A program made the translations under genes and the position numbers. 64,000 bases of DNA from Bacteroidota bacterium (GTDB taxonomy: Bacteria > Bacteroidota > Bacteroidia > Bacteroidales > FEN-979), in NCBI GenBank assembly GCA_043810345.1, contig JBDROF010000018.1:97651-161650 (forward strand), given 5' to 3'. Below are positions 24,363 through 31,950 of this stretch, piece after piece. The first letter of the stretch is position 1. Each line of letters starts with the position of its first letter. The notes below the pieces were generated by a model. The model had not been told where the DNA came from. It worked only from the letters and a program-made list of their open reading frames with translations, and ran no database searches.

Positions 24363-27053
24363 ATGAAGACCTACCTGACACTTCCCCTTTTCTTTACATT
24401 TTTAATAATGACATCGTGTACCCAGGGTGATCATTTCATTACGGACGCACAATACAGGAAGAAGGTCAGGGAGCAGTTTAACAACCAACAGGAACTTGCC
24501 AGACACCGGGCTGACACCTTGTTTGGAGTATTCCGGCAACACCTGACCACAGAAGAACGTGAAGCACTGGAATTTCTTTATGCCTATATGTCTTTGAATG
24601 ACCTTGCAGATTACAACGGGGAATTCTTCCTGAAGAATGTCAAGAGTTCGCTGGCTGCCAGGGATACGTTCAGCTGGGGAAACATAATCCCTGAAGAGAT
24701 CTTCCGTCATTTTGTACTTCCCATGCGGGTGAACAATGAGAACCTGGATTCATCCCGGTGGGTGTTTTTCACTGAGCTCAAGGATCGGGTCAAAGGGTTG
24801 TCGATGAAGGATGCGACGCTGGAGGTAAACCACTGGTGCCATGAAAAGGTAACCTACAGGGGGACCGACAGTCGTACTTCCTCCCCTCTGGCCACCGTAA
24901 AGACCGCCTATGGCCGGTGTGGGGAGGAGTCGACCTTTACCACGGCTGCATTGAGAGCTGTTGGAATCCCAGCCCGTCAATGTTATACTCCGCGTTGGGC
25001 TCATTGTGATGACAATCATGCATGGGTAGAGGCATGGGTCGACTCTGCCTGGAATTACCTGGGGGCCTGTGAACCGGAACCGGATCTGTATCTTGCCTGG
25101 TTCACCGCTCCGGCAAAGCGGGCCATGCTGGTCAACACCAACGTTTTTGGGGATTATCAGGGTCCTGAGGATGTGTTGCTGAAAGATGAGCGATATACCC
25201 GGATCAACATCCTCCCAAATTATACCGAAACCAAACGGATCTGGGCACGGATACTGGATATCCATCAACAAGCGATCTCCAATGCAGAAGTGGAGTTTCA
25301 GCTTTACAATTATGCCGAATTCTATCCGTTGCTAACAACAAAATCCGACCGAAATGGGCTGGCCTCGTTGCTCACCGGTTACGGAGATCTGCTGATCTGG
25401 GCAAAAAAGGGAGGAAAATATGGATTTGCTCGCGCTGATGTGAGGTCGATGGATACGGTGAATGTTTACCTGGAACTGACAACGGAGATAACCGGCGGAT
25501 TGAATTTCGATATGGTTCCACCAATAAAACAGGATTTACCCGATCTGGTTGACGATTCCCTGCGAAATGCGAACAGCGAACGGCTTCAATTCGAGGACCA
25601 GTTGAGAGCCTCCTATGAAGCTACCTTTATCGACTCCTCCAAAGCGTTCCGCGTGGCTGCGACGCTTGGCATAGACCCCAAAGAACTATGGCATTTCCTG
25701 GAACGATCCCGGGGAAACTGGCGTGAGATCATCACCTTTGTCTCCGAGACCCCGGACACCCTCCGGGAATTCATTTTTCCTCTCCTGGAAGCGATTTCTG
25801 AGAAAGATCTTCGCGATATCAACCCTGGGGTCCTTTTGGACGCAATTACGAATTCACCAATCACCACTGCCACTACTTCCCCTACTTCCACCAGTCCACA
25901 GTCGCCAGTAATGTCATTGCGAGCGCAACGAAGCAACACCAATCACGAGCTTCTGGTCAGCTACATCATGAATCCCCGTGTCGACAACGAACTGCTTAAA
26001 CCGTTCCACAGCTTCCTGAATAGGAAATTCCAGTCGGAATTCACTGAAAGCGCCCGGGAGAACCCGGAAGTAATAGTCAACTGGGTAATAACCAATATCA
26101 TCATAGACAAAAATGCGAACTACAGCCGAGCACCAATCACTCCGGTAGGTGTTTTCGGATTGAAAGCAGCCGATCCCCACTCCAGGGACATCTTTTTTGT
26201 GGCAGTATGCCGCAGTTTTGGCATCCCGGCCCGTTTCGAGCCGGCGACTAAAATTCCACAATACTGCCAGGATGGCAACTGGAAAGATGTCTACTTTGAA
26301 GAGCCTCCAGCCAATCCTGAACGCAACGCTACGTTTGTTCTGGTCAATGACCCGGAGAACATCGTTGAGCCTGAGTATTCCATTCATTATACCGTGGAAC
26401 AACACAAGGATGGCTTTTTCAGGACCCTTGACTATGAGAACAGCGATCTGGTCGACAAATTTCCGGTCACCCTTCAGCTTGCCCCGGGCACCTACATGGT
26501 GGTCACGGGGAACCGCTTACCGGACGGAACGGTGCTGGCCAGGATCGTCCGGATCAAGCTGGAGGGAGGTAAAACCACACAATTACCTGTAACCCTAAGA
26601 AAAGATTTCACTTCGCCACCCGTGTTTGGCATCTTCGAAAAAAATAAACTACAATCAGACCTTGCCGGAAAAGGCATTCAAATCGATCCCTCTACAGGGC
26701 AAATCCTTGCCTGGATGGAACCAGATAAAGAACCAACAAAACATTTCGTGGCAGACCTCAAGGCAAAAGCTGAAGAGATCACAAAATGGACCGGGGGCAT
26801 GATCCTCTTCTTTCCCGATCAACAGGAGCTGGAACGGTTTATCAGTAAAGAGAAAGGTGGACTTCCCGAAAAGATCAATTATGCCCTTTATGAGGACTAC
26901 CCGTTTGACCTGCTCTATTATTCCGTGGATGTTCCACTTTCAGGCAATTTTCCATTGGTCATCTACATCAGTCCGCGCGGGTTCATCAATTTTCTCTCTC
27001 AGGGATACCGGATTGGCACCGGGGAAGAGCTGGTGAAGCTGATGAAGAGGTGA
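24363..27053 (+). CDS. Large lipoprotein with transglutaminase-like (Cys-His-Asp) core domain
   Basis: 896 aa. Lipobox FLIMTSC. Transglutaminase core YGRCGEESTFTTAALRAVGIPARQCYTPRWAHCDDNHAWVEAWVD. The start lies 2 nt after the GH31 stop. Confidence 0.85.
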   Translation: MKTYLTLPLFFTFLIMTSCTQGDHFITDAQYRKKVREQFNNQQELARHRADTLFGVFRQHLTTEEREALEFLYAYMSLNDLADYNGEFFLKNVKSSLAARDTFSWGNIIPEEIFRHFVLPMRVNNENLDSSRWVFFTELKDRVKGLSMKDATLEVNHWCHEKVTYRGTDSRTSSPLATVKTAYGRCGEESTFTTAALRAVGIPARQCYTPRWAHCDDNHAWVEAWVDSAWNYLGACEPEPDLYLAWFTAPAKRAMLVNTNVFGDYQGPEDVLLKDERYTRINILPNYTETKRIWARILDIHQQAISNAEVEFQLYNYAEFYPLLTTKSDRNGLASLLTGYGDLLIWAKKGGKYGFARADVRSMDTVNVYLELTTEITGGLNFDMVPPIKQDLPDLVDDSLRNANSERLQFEDQLRASYEATFIDSSKAFRVAATLGIDPKELWHFLERSRGNWREIITFVSETPDTLREFIFPLLEAISEKDLRDINPGVLLDAITNSPITTATTSPTSTSPQSPVMSLRAQRSNTNHELLVSYIMNPRVDNELLKPFHSFLNRKFQSEFTESARENPEVIVNWVITNIIIDKNANYSRAPITPVGVFGLKAADPHSRDIFFVAVCRSFGIPARFEPATKIPQYCQDGNWKDVYFEEPPANPERNATFVLVNDPENIVEPEYSIHYTVEQHKDGFFRTLDYENSDLVDKFPVTLQLAPGTYMVVTGNRLPDGTVLARIVRIKLEGGKTTQLPVTLRKDFTSPPVFGIFEKNKLQSDLAGKGIQIDPSTGQILAWMEPDKEPTKHFVADLKAKAEEITKWTGGMILFFPDQQELERFISKEKGGLPEKINYALYEDYPFDLLYYSVDVPLSGNFPLVIYISPRGFINFLSQGYRIGTGEELVKLMKR
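25845..25949. repeat. Composite repeat lying in frame inside the transglutaminase-like CDS
   Basis: attacgaattcaccaatcaccactgccactacttcccctacttccaccagtccacag..gtcattgcgagcgcaacgaagcaac encodes ITNSPITTATTSPTSTSPQSPVMSLRAQRSNTNHE. It shares words with other repeats in the window (ttacgaatt, caccac, gtcattgcgag..cgaagc). Confidence 0.8.
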
Positions 27054-27130
27054 TGGGGTGATGAAGGGATAGTGCAAACTGCCAACGGCGGACTGCGGAC
27101 TGCGATTGCTTCGCTCAGCTTGCAATGACA
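27041..27130. repeat. Stutter repeat plus an inverted copy of the gtcaNNgcgagc..cgaagc motif, at the 3' end of the transglutaminase-like gene
   Basis: gatgaagaggtgatggggtgatgaagggatagtg; ggcggactgcggactgcg; gattgcttcgctcagcttgcaatgac (27104-27129) is approximately the reverse complement of 25913-25937. Confidence 0.75.
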
Positions 27131-27150
27131 TGACTCCAAACTTGATTCTA

Positions 27151-27618
27151 ATGAATAGCCTGGTTCATCAGATCATTAGCGGCGGTCAAACAGGGGTGGA
27201 CCGGGCAGCGCTTGATTTTGCCCTGAGCCAAAAGATCCCCTGCGGTGGGTATTGTACAGCCGGACGAATAGCCGAGGACGGCCGGATCCCCGACCATTAT
27301 CCGTTGCGCGATACAGAGACCGCCGAGTATGCCGAACGTACCGAAAAAAATGTGCAGACAGCAGACGGAACCCTGATCATATATACGGGATCCATGTCAG
27401 GAGGGACCCAGTTCACCTACCTGTGCGCCAAATCAGCTGGAAAGCCGCTGTTTACCTGTGATCTGGATCAGCCCATTCCGGTCCGGAGATTTCAAAACTG
27501 GATCCGGGAAAAAAGGATCCATACCCTCAACATTGGCGGTCCGCGCGAAAGCCAGCAGCCCGGTATTTATACCCGCACAGTTGAAACGCTTGCGAGGCTA
27601 TTTTCAGCTGCCCGTTGA
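27151..27618 (+). CDS. YpsA-like SLOG family protein (formerly 'putative molybdenum carrier')
   Basis: IISGGQTGVDRAALDFAL...GGYCTAGRIAEDGRIPDHYPL.....YAERTEKNVQTADGTLII. I chose ATG 27151 because the track start at 27106 lies inside the repeat. Confidence 0.75.
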   Translation: MNSLVHQIISGGQTGVDRAALDFALSQKIPCGGYCTAGRIAEDGRIPDHYPLRDTETAEYAERTEKNVQTADGTLIIYTGSMSGGTQFTYLCAKSAGKPLFTCDLDQPIPVRRFQNWIREKRIHTLNIGGPRESQQPGIYTRTVETLARLFSAAR

Positions 27619-27692
27619 ACATTTGGTTCAGTGACGAACTAATTTTCACGACATTTTCTTTTGATTGCTGATTTCAGGAAACAAAAAAATCG

Positions 27693-27700
27693 TACCTTTG
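27693..27700 (+). promoter_or_regulatory. Candidate -7 box (TAnnTTTG) for the tRNA-Arg gene
   Basis: tacctttg ends 9 nt before tRNA position 1 (27710). That spacing fits a transcription start just upstream of the mature 5' end. Confidence 0.5.
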
Positions 27701-27709
27701 CCCCCTATT

Positions 27710-27783
27710 GGCCCCGTAGCTCAACTGAATAGAGTATCTGACTACGGATCAGAAGGCTGGGGGTTTGAATCCCTCCGGGGTCA
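27710..27783 (+). tRNA. tRNA-Arg (anticodon ACG)
   Basis: Hand-folded cloverleaf. Acceptor GGCCCCG/CGGGGTC, D stem GCTC/GAGT, anticodon stem TCTGA/TCAGA with loop CTACGGA (ACG), T stem GGGGG/CCCTC with loop TTTGAAT, discriminator A. No CCA is encoded. Confidence 0.9.
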
Positions 27784-27879
27784 CGAATTAAAAGTTCGAG
27801 TTACTTTCCTTCTTTTTAGTCTGATTTTAACCCGCCTTTTTACTTCGAGCAAATAAAGATTAATTTAAAACACTTTCGT

Positions 27880-28143
27880 ATGAACATTTATGCAGGAAAC
27901 CTTAGTTATAAGGTAGACGAAACAGACCTGAAACAACTTTTTGAGGAATTCGGTGAAGTATCTTCAGTGAATTTAATCAGTGACAAGTACACCGGGCAAA
28001 GCAAAGGATTTGGCTTTGTGGTCATGGAAAACAAAGATGAAGCGATCAAAGCGATCAAAGGACTCGATGGCCGTGAAATTGACAACAGGGAGATCAAGGT
28101 GAATGAAGCAAGGCCAAAACCTGATAATTTTTTCAGGAAATAG
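27880..28143 (+). CDS. RNA-binding protein with a single RRM (RNP-1/RNP-2) domain
   Basis: 87 aa. RNP-2 IYAGNL, RNP-1 KGFGFVVM. Confidence 0.92.
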   Translation: MNIYAGNLSYKVDETDLKQLFEEFGEVSSVNLISDKYTGQSKGFGFVVMENKDEAIKAIKGLDGREIDNREIKVNEARPKPDNFFRK

Positions 28144-28156
28144 CTAAAACAATCTC

Positions 28157-28327
28157 ATGAACAAATCCCAATATAGCTTTACAAAACGAAAAAGGGAGTT
28201 GGAAAAAAAGAAAAAAAAGGAAGAAAAGTTAAAACGTAAAGCGACCAGGCAACATTCAAAAAACGGTTCAAGGGAAACTCCTGGAATGGATGATGAAGAA
28301 AATCCGACTGGTCAGGTCACATCCTGA
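28157..28327 (+). CDS. Possible small Lys/Arg-rich protein (56 aa)
   Basis: A hand-translated ORF below the track cutoff: MNKSQYSFTKRKRELEKKKKKEEKLKRKATRQHSKNGSRETPGMDDEENPTGQVTS. It starts 14 nt after the RRM gene. No family was recognised. Confidence 0.35.
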   Translation: MNKSQYSFTKRKRELEKKKKKEEKLKRKATRQHSKNGSRETPGMDDEENPTGQVTS

Positions 28328-28353
28328 CAAGTTTTCGGATGGTCAGTTAGTCT

Positions 28354-28599
28354 TTACTTTTCCTTCGCCCAGGCATTGATATACACCCACTTATCGCACA
28401 CATTAATATCAACGGATGTTAATGTAAAGGCCAATGCCTTATACCCCTTTTCCCAACCCTCTCTTTCTGCTTTGATAAGCAAAACGTTTATCTTTTCAAT
28501 CTGAGCTTTGTAGTCTGGTTGATCCTGGGCATAGCAGACAGAAACCAGAGCTGTGAAAAGAAGGAGTAAAAACCCGTAATTCCATAAGTTCTTTTTCAT
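28354..28599 (-). CDS. Small secreted protein, unknown function
   Basis: 81 aa with a clear signal peptide MKKNLWNYGFLLLLFTALVSVCYAQ. Confidence 0.5.
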   Translation of the reverse strand: MKKNLWNYGFLLLLFTALVSVCYAQDQPDYKAQIEKINVLLIKAEREGWEKGYKALAFTLTSVDINVCDKWVYINAWAKEK

Positions 28600-28666
28600 A
28601 ATTCCTCCGTTTTTTTTGTGAACTAATCAATAAAGATACAGAATTAAAAATTGTTGCAAAAAAGTA

Positions 28667-28674
28667 TACCTTTG
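28667..28674 (+). promoter_or_regulatory. Candidate -7 box (TAnnTTTG) at the left edge of the biosynthetic cluster
   Basis: tacctttg lies 32 nt upstream of the ATG at 28707. Confidence 0.45.
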
Positions 28675-28706
28675 CACGTTTGGAATAACCGGGAAATCAA
28701 CAGACT

Positions 28707-29435
28707 ATGAGGCATGTATTAGTGACAGGTGGTTCCAGAGGAATTGGAAGGGCTTGCTGCCTGCGGCTTGCTGATGCAGGGCATTACATCATCATCAACT
28801 ACCTCTTCAACAAGGATGAAGCGGAAAAAACGCTGGAGATGGTTCGTGAAAAAGGGAGTGATGGGGAGTTGCTGAAGTTCGATGTATCCAGCCAGCAGGA
28901 GGTAGAAAAAGCCCTGAATGGATGGATGGAGAAACATGAAGGAGCTTATATATCCATTCTTGTGAACAATGCCGGCATCAGGAAAGATGCCCTGGTTATG
29001 TGGATGAAAGACGACGAATGGCAGGATGTGATCAACACCAACCTGAACGGCTTTCTCTATGTGACCCGAGCCCTGATAAAAGAGATGCTGATCAATAAGT
29101 TCGGCCGGATCATCAATGTGGTTTCGTTATCCGGATTGAAGGGGTTGCCCGGACAAGTCAACTATTCGGCTGCCAAAGCGGGTGTGATCGGAGCTACCAA
29201 GGCGATGGCGCAGGAGGTTGCCAAAAAGAATGTAACGGTCAATGCGGTAGCTCCGGGATTTATCCGCACCGATATGACCAAAGATATGGATGAATCCCAA
29301 CTGAAAGGGATGATTCCGATGGGACGTTTCGGCACCACTGATGAGGTGGCAGGGATCGTTGGTTTTCTTGCTTCTGAAGAGGCCTCTTACATCACAGGAG
29401 CTGTGATAAACGTTAACGGAGGACTATATACCTAA
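28707..29435 (+). CDS. 3-oxoacyl-ACP reductase (SDR, FabG-like ketoreductase)
   Basis: 242 aa. Motifs: VLVTGGSRGIGRA, NNAG, YSAAKAG, PGFIRTDM. Confidence 0.92.
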   Translation: MRHVLVTGGSRGIGRACCLRLADAGHYIIINYLFNKDEAEKTLEMVREKGSDGELLKFDVSSQQEVEKALNGWMEKHEGAYISILVNNAGIRKDALVMWMKDDEWQDVINTNLNGFLYVTRALIKEMLINKFGRIINVVSLSGLKGLPGQVNYSAAKAGVIGATKAMAQEVAKKNVTVNAVAPGFIRTDMTKDMDESQLKGMIPMGRFGTTDEVAGIVGFLASEEASYITGAVINVNGGLYT

Positions 29436-29506
29436 TTACGAATGACGAATTACGAATGACGAATTATATATTAATTTCGCTACCTCGCTACTTCGCTACC
29501 TCGCTA
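29436..29506. repeat. Two adjacent intergenic stutter repeats
   Basis: ttacgaatgacgaattacgaatgacgaatt, then ttcgctacctcgctacttcgctacctcgcta. The first word set recurs at 61631-61653. Confidence 0.9.
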
Positions 29507-29510
29507 TTTT

Positions 29511-30734
29511 ATGAATAGAGTCGTCATTACCGGCATGGGAATCTACTCTGTCATCGGGAAGAATCTCGACGAGGTAAAGGATTCATTGTACCAGGGAAAA
29601 TCAGGCATTGTGTTCGATCCGGTCCGAAAAGAGATGGGATTCCGGTCCGCGTTGACAGGGATGGTGGAACGTCCACAACTCAAAGGGATCCTCGACCGCC
29701 GGATGCGGGTGGGGATGGCTGTGCAGGGCGAATATGCTTACATGGCTACCCTGGAAGCGCTTAAAGCTTCCGGGGTTGAACAGGACTTTCTGGATCGCCA
29801 TGAGGTTGGCATTATATATGGCAACGACAGTTCTGCGGTACCGGTGGTAGAATCGGTCGACATTCTCCGGGAGAAAAAAGATACCATGATGATCGGTTCG
29901 GGCTATATTTTCCAGTCCATGAACTCAACGGTATCGATGAATCTTTCGGTTATCTTCCGGTTGCGCGGTATCAACTTTACGGTTGCAGGGGCTTGTGCAA
30001 GCGGTTCACATGCCATTGGAATGGGGTTTCTGATGATCAGGCAAGGCCTCCAGGATATTATTATCTGTGGAGGCGCCCAGGAGATCAATCCTGAATCTAC
30101 TGCCAGCTTCGATGCCCTGAATGCCTTTTCGATCCGTGAATCGGAACCTACCAAAGCATCCCGTCCATTTGACCGCGACCGTGACGGCCTGGTGCCGAGC
30201 GGAGGTGCTGCTACTGTAATTTTGGAAAGCTACGACTCAGCAGTAAAACGCGGAGCTACCATTTTGGGTGAAATGATGGGCTATGGCTTCTCCTCCAATG
30301 GGGAACACATCTCTTTACCCAACGTGGAGGGGCCACGCCGGGCGATGCAGATGGCCCTGAAAGATTCGGGTATGCCTGCCGGGGAGATAGACTACATCAA
30401 TGCCCATGCAACATCGACCCAGGCCGGCGACAGCAACGAAGCACAAGCTATTGATGATGTTTTCGGGAAAACCAAACCCATGGTGAGCAGCACCAAATCA
30501 ATGACCGGTCACGAAATGTGGATGGGGGGAGCCAGCGAGGTAGTTTACTCGACGCTGATGATGCAGAACTCCTTTGTTGCTCCAAATATCAACTTTGACA
30601 ATCCCGATGAGGTCACCGGACGACTCAATCTCGTCCGGACAACATTACCTGCCGAAATCAATGCATTTCTCTCCAATTCATTCGGATTCGGAGGCACCAA
30701 TTCTGCCATAATAATCCGCAAGTTTTCCCGCTAG
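29511..30734 (+). CDS. Beta-ketoacyl-ACP synthase (KAS I/II fold), catalytic Cys-His-His present
   Basis: 407 aa. Motifs: AGACASGSHAIG, INAHATSTQAGD, TKSMTGHEM, SNSFGFGGTNSAII. Confidence 0.9.
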   Translation: MNRVVITGMGIYSVIGKNLDEVKDSLYQGKSGIVFDPVRKEMGFRSALTGMVERPQLKGILDRRMRVGMAVQGEYAYMATLEALKASGVEQDFLDRHEVGIIYGNDSSAVPVVESVDILREKKDTMMIGSGYIFQSMNSTVSMNLSVIFRLRGINFTVAGACASGSHAIGMGFLMIRQGLQDIIICGGAQEINPESTASFDALNAFSIRESEPTKASRPFDRDRDGLVPSGGAATVILESYDSAVKRGATILGEMMGYGFSSNGEHISLPNVEGPRRAMQMALKDSGMPAGEIDYINAHATSTQAGDSNEAQAIDDVFGKTKPMVSSTKSMTGHEMWMGGASEVVYSTLMMQNSFVAPNINFDNPDEVTGRLNLVRTTLPAEINAFLSNSFGFGGTNSAIIIRKFSR

Positions 30735-30751
30735 GATAATGTAAAAAAATG

Positions 30752-30759
30752 TATTTTTG
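30752..30759 (+). promoter_or_regulatory. Candidate internal -7 box (TAnnTTTG) upstream of ACP-1
   Basis: tatttttg lies 9 nt upstream of the ATG at 30769. Confidence 0.35.
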
Positions 30760-30768
30760 CATCCATCA

Positions 30769-31029
30769 ATGGACATCCTGATGCAGAACGAGGAGATTAT
30801 CACTAAGATCAATCAACTCTTGATTGAAGAGATTGAGATTGATGAAGAGCAAATCCGGCATGATGCTGACCTGAAAAAGGACCTGGGCATTGACAGTCTT
30901 GACTTTGTAGATCTTTTTGTCATCATAGAGAACAATTTCGGCTTTAAAATGAAAGCCGAGGAGATGACTGATGTAAAGACCCTCCAGGACTTTTATTCTT
31001 ACGTTATCAAACGCGTTCATTCAAACTAA
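30769..31029 (+). CDS. Acyl carrier protein (ACP-1)
   Basis: About 86 aa. Phosphopantetheine site context DLGIDSLDFVDL. The ATG at 30769 or 30781 is preferred over the TTG at 30757. Confidence 0.88.
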   Translation: MDILMQNEEIITKINQLLIEEIEIDEEQIRHDADLKKDLGIDSLDFVDLFVIIENNFGFKMKAEEMTDVKTLQDFYSYVIKRVHSN

Positions 31030-31037
31030 CCTCCCGG

Positions 31038-31940
31038 ATGTCGTCATGGCAAGGAAAAACCAGAGGAGGGGTCCTGGGGTATAAAATCTTTATCTGGACC
31101 TTAAAATACCTTGGCATCCCATTTGCTTATCTCCTCCTCCGTTTTGTTGTGACCTGGTTTGTTTTCAATTCACGGGAAGCCTTCAGGGCTGTTTACGCCT
31201 ACTTCAGGAATATCCAGCACTACTCCATAGTGAAATCGGTGATCAGTATTTTCCACAACTATTATATTTTCGGACAAATACTGATTGACAAACTGGCCAT
31301 GCTGACGGGTTTCCAACATCGCTTCACGTTTGATTTCGAAGGAGAAGAGCATCTGCGACAGATGCAGGATGGAGGATTGCTGATCAGTGCCCATGTGGGA
31401 AACTGGGAGATTGCCGGAAACCTGCTGAACCGTCTCAACAAGCGGATACACATCCTTATGTTTGATGCCGAACACCAACGGATTAAAGGGTACCTTGAAG
31501 ATACCATGAAAAAGCGCAATGTCCACTTCATCATCATCCGTGAGGGCTACAATCATCTGAAAGAGATTGAACAGGCATTCGCAGGAGGGGATATCATCGC
31601 CATGCATGGCGACAGGTTCATTGAAGGGAATAAAACGGTAACGCTTGATTTCATGGGAAAACAGGCTCGTTTCCCGGTCGGGCCGGTTAACCTGGCAGCC
31701 CGGTTTCAGGTTCCTGTTTCTTACGTGTTTGCCGTCAAAGAAACGCGAACCCATTACCACTTCTTTGCCACGTCTCTGTACCGGTTTGAATTTACACGCA
31801 ACCTGAAGAAGAGAGAGCAGATTCTAAAGGAGGCCGTCGCCATTTATGTTCAAAAATTCGAAGAGATCCTGCGCAGATATCCGTTGCAATGGTTTAACTA
31901 CTATGATTTCTGGAAACCCGAACCTGATCTCATCACATAA
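31038..31940 (+). CDS. Lysophospholipid/lipid A-type acyltransferase (LpxL/HtrB-like LPLAT)
   Basis: 300 aa. N-terminal membrane helix, SAHVGNWEIAG (HX4E/D-type motif). Its length and position match the LPLAT found in aryl-polyene/flexirubin clusters. Confidence 0.75.
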   Translation: MSSWQGKTRGGVLGYKIFIWTLKYLGIPFAYLLLRFVVTWFVFNSREAFRAVYAYFRNIQHYSIVKSVISIFHNYYIFGQILIDKLAMLTGFQHRFTFDFEGEEHLRQMQDGGLLISAHVGNWEIAGNLLNRLNKRIHILMFDAEHQRIKGYLEDTMKKRNVHFIIIREGYNHLKEIEQAFAGGDIIAMHGDRFIEGNKTVTLDFMGKQARFPVGPVNLAARFQVPVSYVFAVKETRTHYHFFATSLYRFEFTRNLKKREQILKEAVAIYVQKFEEILRRYPLQWFNYYDFWKPEPDLIT

Positions 31941-31950
31941 TCACCCCGGT

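Noticed and set aside
27665-27856. 63-aa + strand ORF
   Set aside because: It overlaps the tRNA-Arg gene completely, so it is a translation of structured RNA sequence.
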